Of a stretch of DNA of 23,502 nt, positions 1-8,980 are shown in pieces. Within the stretch, counting starts at the first letter, position 1, and each line of letters begins with the position of its first letter. Origin of the DNA: a virus; the UHGV virus genome UHGV-0080740. The stretch is one strand, 5' to 3'. A program made the translations under genes and the position numbers. The notes under the pieces were generated by a model. That model searched no databases. It was not told the DNA's origin and worked only from the letters and a program-made list of their open reading frames with translations.

Positions 1-47
1 TGCGTGACATCATTAATTTCAACACTGACTGTGCGATTGTCTGTTAT

Positions 48-73
48 GCCTGCCCACAGGGTAGGCTTTTTTT
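48..73 (+). terminator. rho-independent terminator (8-bp stem, ACA loop, T7 run)
   Basis: gcctgccc-aca-gggtaggc followed by ttttttt, read directly; T-run only on + strand. Confidence 0.5.
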
Positions 74-137
74 CTGTATGCAGGAAAAGAATCACTGAAA
101 AAATGGAAGCAGGTAAGAAAGAGTGCTGACCAGGATA

Positions 138-425
138 TTATTTCATCCGTTCACTGGCGAGATGATAAACGTTGCTGCGTTCACGTTTACCTACTGCGAC
201 GACCGCAATAATTAACATATCATCAATAACCTGATAAACCAGACGAAAACCTGATGCGCGAAGTTTGATTTTATAGCAGTCCTTTAATCCACGTAGTTTT
301 GCAGAAGCTATATGAGGATTTTCACTGCATTTTTTCAGTTTTTTTGCGAACTGCTGCTGAATGGTCTTGTCCAGTCTGAGCCATTCTTTCAGTGCATCAT
401 CCCGGAATTTTACTGTATAAGTCAT
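138..425 (-). CDS. RelE/ParE-family (StbE-like) type II toxin, 95 aa
   Basis: Family-typical C-terminus FRLVYQV...IIAVVAVGKRERSNVY; 4-nt overlap with upstream antitoxin ORF. Confidence 0.8.
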   Translation of the reverse strand: MTYTVKFRDDALKEWLRLDKTIQQQFAKKLKKCSENPHIASAKLRGLKDCYKIKLRASGFRLVYQVIDDMLIIAVVAVGKRERSNVYHLASERMK

Positions 426-673
426 AAATAACTGTCCAGGTCCACATCATGCAGAGGCTGACTGCTGCGTTCAGTAACCAGTTTTACCAGCTCCTGGTCA
501 TCCAAGGCATCAAGCATTCTTTCATAGAGCTCAGCAGGGACACAGTAGAATGCTGGCTGATTCCGGTTAAGAATGGCAACAGGATACCCCTCTCCGGCAC
601 TGACAGTTGCCATCGGATTTTTTTTCAGCTCACTGACGCTTGCACTGGTGTCAGACAAAATGATACTGGGCAT
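422..673 (-). CDS. Phd/YefM (StbD-like) antitoxin, 83 aa
   Basis: Small acidic protein with Phd/YefM-like N-terminus, directly upstream of and overlapping the RelE-like gene; SD GAGGTG 5 nt before ATG. Confidence 0.75.
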   Translation of the reverse strand: MPSIILSDTSASVSELKKNPMATVSAGEGYPVAILNRNQPAFYCVPAELYERMLDALDDQELVKLVTERSSQPLHDVDLDSYL

Positions 674-1171
674 AACACACCTCTGAGACTATTTAACAGG
701 TCTTCAGATTACACCCTGAAAGACTGCTTAACAAGTCTGTTTGATGTTAATGTGCGCCGTCACTCTTCAGTTGTCCTGATGCCGCGCCAGCGGCATGGAA
801 GGCGGCACTCTGTTGTTTCATATGATACCGGAGTAAAACCGCCGAAGCCCGGCGTAAGCCGGTACTGACTGATAGATTTCACCTTACCCACCCCCGGCCC
901 TGCTAAGCCATACCCGTTTTCAGCCATGACAGAGCCTTTGTGCGCGGTCGGAGTGGTCCCGACGAGGGTTTACCCGAAGTCGGGGCGTATCTCCGCGTTA
1001 GCGGGCCGTGAGGGCCGCTTACGAGCGTGTACTGAGGACTTCCAGCCAGAAGACTGACAGCGATGACAATGTACTTACAACATTCATAATTAAAAGCGAT
1101 GTTGTTCCCGCCCTTCGGGTGGGGGCGGCGGCGCTTTTCAGTTATGAGGGGGGGTACAGTGCTGTGTTTGT

Positions 1172-4100
1172 GTGGTGTTTTTTATTCCTGATGTTTTTTT
1201 GTTGTGGTTTCAGAACGGTGAGATTCGGGGCCCGCGCGTTAGCGTGGGAGGTGCTCCTGTTCTTGGTACTGATGGCACTCCAGTTATGCGCGATGCCCTA
1301 AAACTGGCAGATGAAGCCACTATCACGGCGCGGATGAACGCGATCCCGCACTCAAATTACCGTGCAGTCGTGTTTACCAAAGAACAATACGCCCGCATTC
1401 CGCTACGTGATGACACCGTAGATGAGCATGCACAGGATATGCTTTATGACTTCGTTGCCGCCGGGCGCGTAGCCAGCGCAATGGACTCCGACTCCCACCG
1501 CAAAGAGGCCGCGCGTCGCCGGGTATTGTCGGAGTATTCAGATACCGGTACCGAAAAAGCAGAGAAGTATCCGTACTTTGAGGATATGGGCTTCGATAGT
1601 GTGATCGCTGACGAAGGTCACAACTACCGCAATAGCTATAAAAATGGTCGCGAAGCGTCACAACTGGCCTATCTGCCCACCAGCGCGGTGGCGCAATCGG
1701 CGCGGGATATGGCAATTAAAAACGCGTACCTGATGAAAAAGAATGGTGGGCGCGGACCGGTTCTCCTGACTGCAACGCCAGTCGTTAACACCCCGATCGA
1801 TGCATACAACATGCTTTCTCATGTGCTGCCGAAGGAATACTGGCAGAAGATGGGGATCTACGGTCCTGATGACTTCGTTAAATTCTTCGGCAAGACCAGG
1901 CTGGAAACGGTACAGAAAATCAGCGGTGAAGTTGAAGAAAAAATGGCGCTGGTGGGCTTTGAAAACCTTGATGCGCTGCGCGGCATATTCCATCGCTGGA
2001 CAACGCTTAAAACGGCGGAAGACGTTAAGGATACCGTGGAGATCCCGGAACTGGACGAACACCAGCAGGATGCACCACTTACTGAAGAACAACTGGCGGC
2101 GTATGAAGAATTACGCCAGCAGGCGGAAGCGGTGGCCAAAGCCAACAATGGCGTAACGACCTCGGTCGATGAAGACGGAGTGATTGAGCACGAGAAAGCC
2201 CGTCCGATCTTCTCAATAATCAGGGATATGGACCGCGTATGTACTGACATGGACCTGTACTATCGCCGGATCACCTATCGTTTCCTGCCGGAGTACGCCG
2301 ATGCGGTGCAGCAGCTGGCGGACAGTTTGCCTAAACAAGCCACCAGCGAAGACGACGACAGTGATGATTCAATCACGCAGCAATCGCAATACTCCCTGAT
2401 AGATAAGGGCGAGTTTATTCAGTTGCAGGTTCCGGAAGCGTTCGAGCAGGAAGTGAATAAGCGCCTGGCCAGGTTTGGCATTGACGAACAGACCGTAACT
2501 CACCCCGTTACGCCCAAATACGCGAAGCTGATTGCCACGCTGAAGGAGTTTTTCCCGGAAGGGAAGCAAATCATCTTCACCGACGAAAAAACGCAGCACC
2601 AGAAGCTCAAGCGCATTATCTGCAATGTTCTTAACCTTGAACCTTCAATGGTAGGGATCCTGAATGCTCAGACGGTTGCCGAGGCAGGTAAAACCGGTAA
2701 GAAACTGAAAGCGGTTAAACCGCCGAAAGAGTTACCGGATGAACCAACAGATGCACAGATAGCGAAATACAACGAGCAAATGGCTCTGTATGACGCCTAT
2801 ATCGCGCAGCAAAATGAAATGTCGTTGGGCGGTCTGGAAAAGATTGCAGCCGACTTCCAGGAGGGCCGGACTCCGATCATTATCTGCAACAAAAAGGCAG
2901 AGGTGGGTATCAACCTGCATCGAGGAACGACTGACATCCATCATCTGACGTTGCCATGGACACCAGCCAGTGTCGCACAGCGTAACGGTCGCGGTGCCCG
3001 AGTTGGCTCCAACCGTGCAAGCGTTCGCGTTCATTACTACTGCGGCAAGGGTTCTTTCGATGAATACCGACTGAAGACGCTGAAGCGTAAAGCAGGCTGG
3101 ATCTCCGATATCCTCCGTTCAGATAAGTCAGAAATGGAGAACGCCGACGCCAACGATATGATCGAAATGCAGATGTATACCGCTAAGGATGATGGCGAAC
3201 GTCTGGCAATGATGCAGGTTCAAATGGATAAGGCGAAAGCCGCGCAACGCGCCCGCCAGAAAGAACAGGCCGCTATCGACCTTCAGAACTACATCAAGGC
3301 GCAACATGCAGCTGGCGAGGATGTTGCGGCTCTTACCGCTGAATTAGAGCGAAGTAAAGCGGAACTTGAAAAGACCACCGCCGAGGTAGCTAAATTCAAA
3401 CAGGCGGTAATGGCCAAAGCAGCTGATAATGCAGGCTGGAAGGCCCGCTGGGGTAGCGTCCATCACACAGACCGTACGTTGTTAGCACATTATCGCGCGT
3501 CGTTGAAAAGCGCCATTCAGCGCAAGGCTAATATCACTCAAGCCATCTCCCGCTATGAGAAATTATTGAACCGTACTCAGAAGGCCGCGACGGATATCAA
3601 ACGCCTGCGCCCGCTGGTGGAGGATGCAATAAATAAAGGCATTCTGGATGTTGATCCTGATCTGGTTAACCATGCGAATGAGTTCCTTGTTATCGGCGAT
3701 CGCTCATGGCGTGTAGGCCAATACTACGATTGTGCCGGTGATATCGTTCGCATTAAGTCGCTGGACTTCGACAGCCAGCGCGCAGACGTGGAGATCATCT
3801 TTACCTTCAAAGGCACCAAATCGGGTAACTGGGATGTGAAGACGCTGGATAAACAGGTGGATGTAACTCCCGATGAAGATGCTGTTATGCAGAAAATCAG
3901 TGGTGGCGTCTCCATCGCCGGGATTAACGACATCATTTCCTGTGACGATTTCTACCGTTTCCAGCAGCGCGGCATGATCAAAATCACTGACTCATACGGC
4001 GTTCAGACTACAGAGTCAGGCTATAGCATTGATTTTGTTGGTACCTATACGGACCCACTGAAGCATGCGGTTTACCCGGATCGCCGTGACGGCGCGCTGA

Positions 4101-5224
4101 AGTCGTCAATTGCAAAATGGGTGCTTGGTATGATGTCGGAAGGGAATAACCGCCAGGTCCGTTTGGCAGAAGTATTCCTGACTGAACTGTTTGGCTCCAA
4201 TTATGGCGAAGTAATCGCGTCATACGGAGATACGCTATCCCCTGAAGCAATTCAGGAGAAAATAGCGGATGCGATCGCCAGAATGCCGGAGAAAACAAGC
4301 CAGGGGGCTACTCGTAACGGGGATTCTGAACTTGAGGTCACCAATGCCATTTTCGGTACCCATGAGTTCCGGGCGTCAGATTATGAGATCACCACAGCAC
4401 AGTTTGGCACCATTGGCATTTACAGCAATAAAGACGAGATCAAGCAGGCAATGGACGCTGCAAGCGCGCGTATTGCAGCAGAACGGAAAGCCAATCTGAA
4501 TCATGCAGTCGCCGCGCTGACTCAATCGTGGGTAACAGCAATCAGGGAGGCCGCCACCACAGGGAAAATCACACCGGCAATTGCGGATGTCGTAAACGAC
4601 GGCTCTAAATTTATGGATGCCTATCAAATGGATGCGGTGCAGTTGCCATCAGCCTATGGGCAACTCAGCTATCGCATGACCTACAACCTGGTATCAATGT
4701 TTTCCGACCTTGCCATCCTTGGGCTGGTGGACCTTAACGAGGTTACGCCGGAATTGCTTAGCATGCGCAAGAATCATGTTGAGATATTGCAGAGAATTAA
4801 CACGGTTCTTGCCGGGCGCACCGATGAAGAGAAACAGGCCGACGCTGATCGGATAAACCTGGCCCTAGGCAACATCACGGAGGAAGAAATTGCCGCCAGA
4901 AACGAGAAACAAGAAGAGTTATCATCAATACAGGGTGATGCCACCAGCATAGCTCAGTCTCTTGGTCTGAATTATCGCGTATCCACCGCCGACCTGAAGA
5001 TGATGTACGCACCAAAATTCGCAGCTGGTGAGGTATTTGGGCTTCAGGAGGCGTCCGGCATGAAAGGCGTTCTTTTCCGTGCTAAAGACGCAATCAAGGA
5101 AAAATTCGGCGCTCGCTGGCTGCCAGCGAAGGCGAAGAACAGCGATTTCCCGGGCAACTGGTGGATTATCGAGACAAAACACAACGTGGCGGACGTTCTG
5201 GCCGTCATCCAACAATACGCATAA
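1172..5224 (+). CDS. darB: SF2 helicase-domain protein, DarB-like, apparently 5'-truncated (1350 aa from GTG)
   Basis: Helicase motifs II (IADEGH), III (TATPVVN) and VI (QRNGRGARVG) present, no Walker A upstream; in-frame TGA at 1145-1147; position upstream of ulx/lxc-like genes fits P1 darB (about 2255 aa, recalled). Confidence 0.6.
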   Translation: MVFFIPDVFLLWFQNGEIRGPRVSVGGAPVLGTDGTPVMRDALKLADEATITARMNAIPHSNYRAVVFTKEQYARIPLRDDTVDEHAQDMLYDFVAAGRVASAMDSDSHRKEAARRRVLSEYSDTGTEKAEKYPYFEDMGFDSVIADEGHNYRNSYKNGREASQLAYLPTSAVAQSARDMAIKNAYLMKKNGGRGPVLLTATPVVNTPIDAYNMLSHVLPKEYWQKMGIYGPDDFVKFFGKTRLETVQKISGEVEEKMALVGFENLDALRGIFHRWTTLKTAEDVKDTVEIPELDEHQQDAPLTEEQLAAYEELRQQAEAVAKANNGVTTSVDEDGVIEHEKARPIFSIIRDMDRVCTDMDLYYRRITYRFLPEYADAVQQLADSLPKQATSEDDDSDDSITQQSQYSLIDKGEFIQLQVPEAFEQEVNKRLARFGIDEQTVTHPVTPKYAKLIATLKEFFPEGKQIIFTDEKTQHQKLKRIICNVLNLEPSMVGILNAQTVAEAGKTGKKLKAVKPPKELPDEPTDAQIAKYNEQMALYDAYIAQQNEMSLGGLEKIAADFQEGRTPIIICNKKAEVGINLHRGTTDIHHLTLPWTPASVAQRNGRGARVGSNRASVRVHYYCGKGSFDEYRLKTLKRKAGWISDILRSDKSEMENADANDMIEMQMYTAKDDGERLAMMQVQMDKAKAAQRARQKEQAAIDLQNYIKAQHAAGEDVAALTAELERSKAELEKTTAEVAKFKQAVMAKAADNAGWKARWGSVHHTDRTLLAHYRASLKSAIQRKANITQAISRYEKLLNRTQKAATDIKRLRPLVEDAINKGILDVDPDLVNHANEFLVIGDRSWRVGQYYDCAGDIVRIKSLDFDSQRADVEIIFTFKGTKSGNWDVKTLDKQVDVTPDEDAVMQKISGGVSIAGINDIISCDDFYRFQQRGMIKITDSYGVQTTESGYSIDFVGTYTDPLKHAVYPDRRDGALKSSIAKWVLGMMSEGNNRQVRLAEVFLTELFGSNYGEVIASYGDTLSPEAIQEKIADAIARMPEKTSQGATRNGDSELEVTNAIFGTHEFRASDYEITTAQFGTIGIYSNKDEIKQAMDAASARIAAERKANLNHAVAALTQSWVTAIREAATTGKITPAIADVVNDGSKFMDAYQMDAVQLPSAYGQLSYRMTYNLVSMFSDLAILGLVDLNEVTPELLSMRKNHVEILQRINTVLAGRTDEEKQADADRINLALGNITEEEIAARNEKQEELSSIQGDATSIAQSLGLNYRVSTADLKMMYAPKFAAGEVFGLQEASGMKGVLFRAKDAIKEKFGARWLPAKAKNSDFPGNWWIIETKHNVADVLAVIQQYA

Positions 5225-5230
5225 CAGGAG

Positions 5231-5248
5231 CGCCCGGTTCGCCGGGCG
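5231..5248 (+). other. stable RNA hairpin (7-bp GC stem, UUCG tetraloop) between SD and start codon of next gene
   Basis: cgcccgg-ttcg-ccgggcg; AGGAG at 5226-5230 and ATG at 5258 are 27 nt apart, about 9 nt if the hairpin folds. Confidence 0.5.
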
Positions 5249-5257
5249 TCGCATAAT

Positions 5258-5698
5258 ATGGCCACACTATCTGATACAATAAAACCGAATAAAACATATC
5301 TTGAGGCGGTACTCCGTACAGCGTTGTTAGGAAAGACAGAAGACGAATACGTTGATTTCTTCCTGTCAGGGCTACGCGGGCGATTACTGAAAAATCCCCG
5401 CCTGTACCGCAGCTATGGCCCATACTGGCCGGAAATTAAAAAATTATTACTGGAGCGCGGTTATGGTAATTTCGGTCGTCTCGTTGACCGTGACGTTCGC
5501 AAATTTTACCGTTATGACCGCCCGGCGCTAACACTCATAGCCGCGACGCTCTACAGCCAGGAGCGTTTTGATAATGGTCAGATATACTCAGCCTGGCATT
5601 TACTGCCAGTCCCTGAAGAAGTTGACGACCAGGACTATGAGTTTGAGTCTTACGATTTGGAAGTTGAAGCCTTGGCACAGGCTGGAGAGAAAACTTGA
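5258..5698 (+). CDS. hypothetical protein, 146 aa (ulx position, upstream of lxc)
   Basis: Clean ORF between darB-like and lxc-like genes; stop overlaps next start; name is positional only. Confidence 0.55.
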   Translation: MATLSDTIKPNKTYLEAVLRTALLGKTEDEYVDFFLSGLRGRLLKNPRLYRSYGPYWPEIKKLLLERGYGNFGRLVDRDVRKFYRYDRPALTLIAATLYSQERFDNGQIYSAWHLLPVPEEVDDQDYEFESYDLEVEALAQAGEKT

Positions 5699-5943
5699 AA
5701 AAGCGATACTACACAGTAAAGCATGGGACGCTACGAGCATTACAAGAGTTTGCTGACAAGCATAACGTTGAGGTGCGCAGGGAAGGGGGAAGTAAAGCTC
5801 TGCGCATGTACCGTCCGGACGGGAAATGGCGGACGGTCGTCGATTTCAAAACAAACAGCGTTCCCCAGGGCGTCCGCGACCGGGCATTCGAAGAATGGGA
5901 GCAGATCATCATAGATAATGCTCTGCTACTAAATGCTGACTGA
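5695..5943 (+). CDS. lxc: Lxc/Bof-like C1 co-repressor, 82 codons with TTG start
   Basis: 82-codon ORF starting at TTG with SD GGAGA 5 nt upstream; matches my recollection that P1 bof/lxc is an 82-codon TTG-initiated ORF. Confidence 0.55.
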   Translation: MKKRYYTVKHGTLRALQEFADKHNVEVRREGGSKALRMYRPDGKWRTVVDFKTNSVPQGVRDRAFEEWEQIIIDNALLLNAD

Positions 5944-6202
5944 GTTTAATATTACAATATTATCTGGGAGATAAATGCATCTTATTTCCCAGATGATAAC
6001 TGATGTTTTACATATTCACATGGTGTACAATTATAATACTGCCTAAATAGGCACACAAAGTACGATATGCTACTAAAACCACAACTTTTTGATACTTGTT
6101 TGAGGGGGCGGGTTTGCTTTAGTAATTTAATAGCAAAAGCCATTCGTGTATCAAGTAATAACTTACTGAAGGAGGTGTTTTCTAATAAGAGTTTTTTCTT
6201 TA

Positions 6203-6715
6203 TTAAACTCTCACTATGTATAGATAATCAGTTAAGTCTCTTAGTTTCCAATGTTTAGATACATCTGAAAGAAATATGCTGCGTACTTTCCCTGAGAAAG
6301 TAGGCATACCAGACTTAAGAAAAGCTCTAAGGTTGTCAACATCACTAAAAATTGAAAGTAATGAAAAAGTTAAAGCATCCTTAAAATCAGGATGTATATG
6401 ATTCTGGTCACTTATATTATCGATCATCCTGATTAATAAATCAGGATAAGCAAAAGACTTTTTTAGCAAATGTGGGCATTTATCCAGAAGTTGCTTCCCT
6501 TGGTGATTGTGACAAGATAAATAGTTTCTTACAGCACTATCATTAAGTTCGAATTCGATATATTTATCTGAATAGGTTTGTAAGAATTCGCGTTCAGAAT
6601 GTTTAAGCAACAGCACATCACCATAATTTAATATTAAGAAATCCTTAAGAAATTGAAAATTTATCGGTTTCTTTATAAGGATGAAGTAACAGACTCCTGA
6701 CATAGCTACCACCAT
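6203..6715 (-). CDS. hypothetical protein, 166-170 aa, AT-rich cargo gene (alternative start at 6703)
   Basis: Only long ORF on this strand in the AT-rich island; GGTGG precedes ATG at 6703; no recognisable domain; contains R-x5-H (AVRNYLSCH). Confidence 0.5.
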   Translation of the reverse strand: MVVAMSGVCYFILIKKPINFQFLKDFLILNYGDVLLLKHSEREFLQTYSDKYIEFELNDSAVRNYLSCHNHQGKQLLDKCPHLLKKSFAYPDLLIRMIDNISDQNHIHPDFKDALTFSLLSIFSDVDNLRAFLKSGMPTFSGKVRSIFLSDVSKHWKLRDLTDYLYIVRV

Positions 6716-6855
6716 TCTAAAGAGGCTTTGAACAAGAATAGAGATACAGCAGCACTGAAATCAAGAAGTTGTGCAAAAAATAAAAATATTGATTTGTGTC
6801 ATAGTTGCTGCTTTTTATTATTTAATTTTTATCAATTTCACTACAGATAAATAAA

Positions 6856-6887
6856 TTGACATAGTGTGTAACCCCTGTAAATATAAA
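6856..6887 (+). promoter_or_regulatory. candidate sigma70 promoter for the EAL-domain gene
   Basis: TTGACA at 6856-6861, about 16-17 bp spacer, A/T-rich -10-like TAAATA/TATAAA, about 50 bp upstream of ATG 6938. Confidence 0.35.
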
Positions 6888-6937
6888 GGGCACTTTATCT
6901 GCTAAAGCCAACCAATTTAAAAATAGAGGGTGGGAGC

Positions 6938-7627
6938 ATGGAAGTTATCTACATAGTAGAACCAATCATTTCCACAAGCACTAACAAGTTGATAGCAGTG
7001 GAAGTGTTGAGCAGATTTTATTCCAACGAGGGGGCTATTCTTTCTACTCAGAAAGTATTAGGTATGTTTACAAGCAAGATGAAGATTAACTTGCTAAAAT
7101 CTCAACTTAACACAATAATCAAATATAAGTATTTTTTTGAATGCCATAATATATTATGCTCTATCAATGTAGATTATGATACCTGTTTATATATATATGG
7201 CAATAAACAAATTCAAGAACTACTAATAAACAATAAATTTATAGCGATTGAGATATCAGAAAACTATCCTGATTTAAGCGATGAGGATTACATCATATCC
7301 TTTCTACTGACTTTGACAGATAATGTTTGGCTTGATGATTTTGGAAGTGGTAACGCCACCATGAAAGCATTAATTAAAAATAAATATCATGCAATAAAAC
7401 TTGATAAGTCATTTTTTCAAGAGCATATGATTAAGCCTCATTTTGATGTCATTATTAGCAATTTAAAAAAGTTATGTCCGAATATCATCGCTGAAGGCGT
7501 CGAAAACATTGATTGTCATAAGTTATCAAAAGGGATAGGGCTATGGGGCACTCAGGGATATTTTTTCCCATCAATTCCGCTGACGGAGATTGAGTCCATA
7601 GATAGTAAGTGGCTATCAGATTTATGA
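6938..7627 (+). CDS. stand-alone EAL-domain protein, YdiV-like, 229 aa
   Basis: EAL signatures in order: EVLSR (EAL variant), EISE, DDFGSGNATMKAL, KLDKSF, EGVE, QGYFF; no sensor or GGDEF domain; strong SD GGGTGGGAG. Confidence 0.8.
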   Translation: MEVIYIVEPIISTSTNKLIAVEVLSRFYSNEGAILSTQKVLGMFTSKMKINLLKSQLNTIIKYKYFFECHNILCSINVDYDTCLYIYGNKQIQELLINNKFIAIEISENYPDLSDEDYIISFLLTLTDNVWLDDFGSGNATMKALIKNKYHAIKLDKSFFQEHMIKPHFDVIISNLKKLCPNIIAEGVENIDCHKLSKGIGLWGTQGYFFPSIPLTEIESIDSKWLSDL

Positions 7628-7680
7628 GATGCAGAGAGTTAGGATATTGATATGAACATCTAAGCACCTCATTACTGTGC

Positions 7681-8133
7681 TTAAAAGATGTTATCCTTAC
7701 CTGTTAATTTACCTTGAGGAACTTTAGTGAGCTCCATCCGATAAAATGCTTTTATCATATTTACAAATGGCTCATATGGTGAATATTCGTTGTCTTGTTT
7801 AGTAACGGTGTCTGTCATTGTCCTGATGTAGTCTGCGCTTACCACGTTGTTGTTTGCTTCAATTAGTACCGGCCTGCCGTTCATGAAGGGATCACGCAAC
7901 CTTACACGCTGGCCAACTCGACCGGTAATAAAGCTGTTTTCCTCTTCCACCAGCACGATAAAACCCTTTTCCTCTTTTTCTCGCAATTCGCGCAGCAGCT
8001 GGAGTTCCATATCGCGGCGGCGTTCAGGGTAGCTGGTCCGCTCAGCCATTATCAGCTCATTGTTGATCCATGCAGCAGTCATTGACGCCGGTTTGCCGAC
8101 GCTCATTGAAACAACGCATATTTTCTTATCCAT
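7681..8133 (-). CDS. hypothetical protein, about 150 aa (P1 mat position, between ref and the variable locus)
   Basis: ORF with SD AGGGG before ATG at 8133 (track ORF begins at GTG 8160); name is positional only. Confidence 0.5.
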   Translation of the reverse strand: MDKKICVVSMSVGKPASMTAAWINNELIMAERTSYPERRRDMELQLLRELREKEEKGFIVLVEEENSFITGRVGQRVRLRDPFMNGRPVLIEANNNVVSADYIRTMTDTVTKQDNEYSPYEPFVNMIKAFYRMELTKVPQGKLTGKDNIF

Positions 8134-8321
8134 AGCGCCCCTACAAAAAAGAAAAGCCACCAGCGGCGGCTTAGCAATACAACTGAAGGTAGCGCCCGGT
8201 ACTCAGACTGTGCCGTCCATGGAATATTTGAAAGGGGATCCATCCGTACCGGGCATGTGATGATTCTGACTGAAGTCACTTGTCAGTTGTCAATCATTTA
8301 TCATTAAAAATAATATATTTA

Positions 8322-8882
8322 TTAGTGCATGATGTTTGCCATCTCATAGGCGTCAGCCAGTAACTCCATCTCTGACTTGTTCAGCAGGGTGAATTCTTTC
8401 TTGCCTCCAACCACACCATCGGCATGAACAGGGACCAGCCAGGGGTATTTTGCTCTTACTTCAGCCGGAGCTGCATGCTGGTGGTGCCATCTACAAAGAG
8501 GCAATTGCTTTTTATGACAACCCGGCGCGGTACGACCGGCGATATGGTGCAGAGACATCTCATTAGATATTACTCCATGCATATAGCAGGCAATGCAGGG
8601 GAGAGTGCCAAGAGCATTGGCGATGCGCCGTTCCTCCGCCGTTGGTGTTCTCCCCTTCAAGCCACGAGATTTTATTTTTACCGCGCTTTTCCGCGTTTTG
8701 CTGGCTGGTGGGCGCTCTTTCTGTTTAGCGATACGGCGGTCGAGAGTATCCCGCATTTTCTGATATTGAGATTCTCGCCAGACCGGATCAGCCAACTTCT
8801 CCCGTTGCCGAGCGATCGCTCGTTCTCTGGCTGCCTTCTGCCACTTGCGGCACTGTTCAATTTTTTGTTCGATTGTTTTCAT
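8322..8882 (-). CDS. ref: Ref, HNH-family recombination enhancement endonuclease, 186 aa
   Basis: MKTIEQKIEQCRKWQ... with Cys/His cluster CIACYMHG...HHIAG...CHKK...CRWHH, recognised as P1 Ref; C1 operator upstream. Confidence 0.9.
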   Translation of the reverse strand: MKTIEQKIEQCRKWQKAARERAIARQREKLADPVWRESQYQKMRDTLDRRIAKQKERPPASKTRKSAVKIKSRGLKGRTPTAEERRIANALGTLPCIACYMHGVISNEMSLHHIAGRTAPGCHKKQLPLCRWHHQHAAPAEVRAKYPWLVPVHADGVVGGKKEFTLLNKSEMELLADAYEMANIMH

Positions 8883-8886
8883 ATGG

Positions 8887-8913
8887 CAAAAAAAAGGCGG
8901 CCTAATGGCCGCC
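8887..8913 (-). terminator. rho-independent terminator/attenuator just upstream of ref ATG
   Basis: On - strand GGCGGCC-ATTA-GGCCGCC followed by T8, ending 5 nt before ref start, downstream of ref operator/promoter. Confidence 0.55.
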
Positions 8914-8980
8914 AATGATGTCAAGGAGTGAAGTAATGGCAACGTCTTCGTAGTTGACAAAAACTGCGGCTCAATTATAG

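Noticed and set aside
449-868. 139-aa + strand ORF
   Set aside because: Lies antisense to the RelE/Phd-type antitoxin gene, has no SD, and its sequence is low-complexity; judged a shadow ORF.
1374-5254. Multiple 60-144 aa ORFs on both strands inside the DarB-like gene (e.g. 1374-1715, 1658-2092, 1800-2156, 1858-2250, 4925-5254)
   Set aside because: All are embedded in or antisense to a long ORF with clear helicase motifs; no independent signals.
5695-5943. HicA-like toxin reading of the 82-aa TTG-initiated ORF
   Set aside because: The spacing pattern loosely resembles HicA but the conserved His is Lys here; position, length and TTG start fit Lxc/Bof better.
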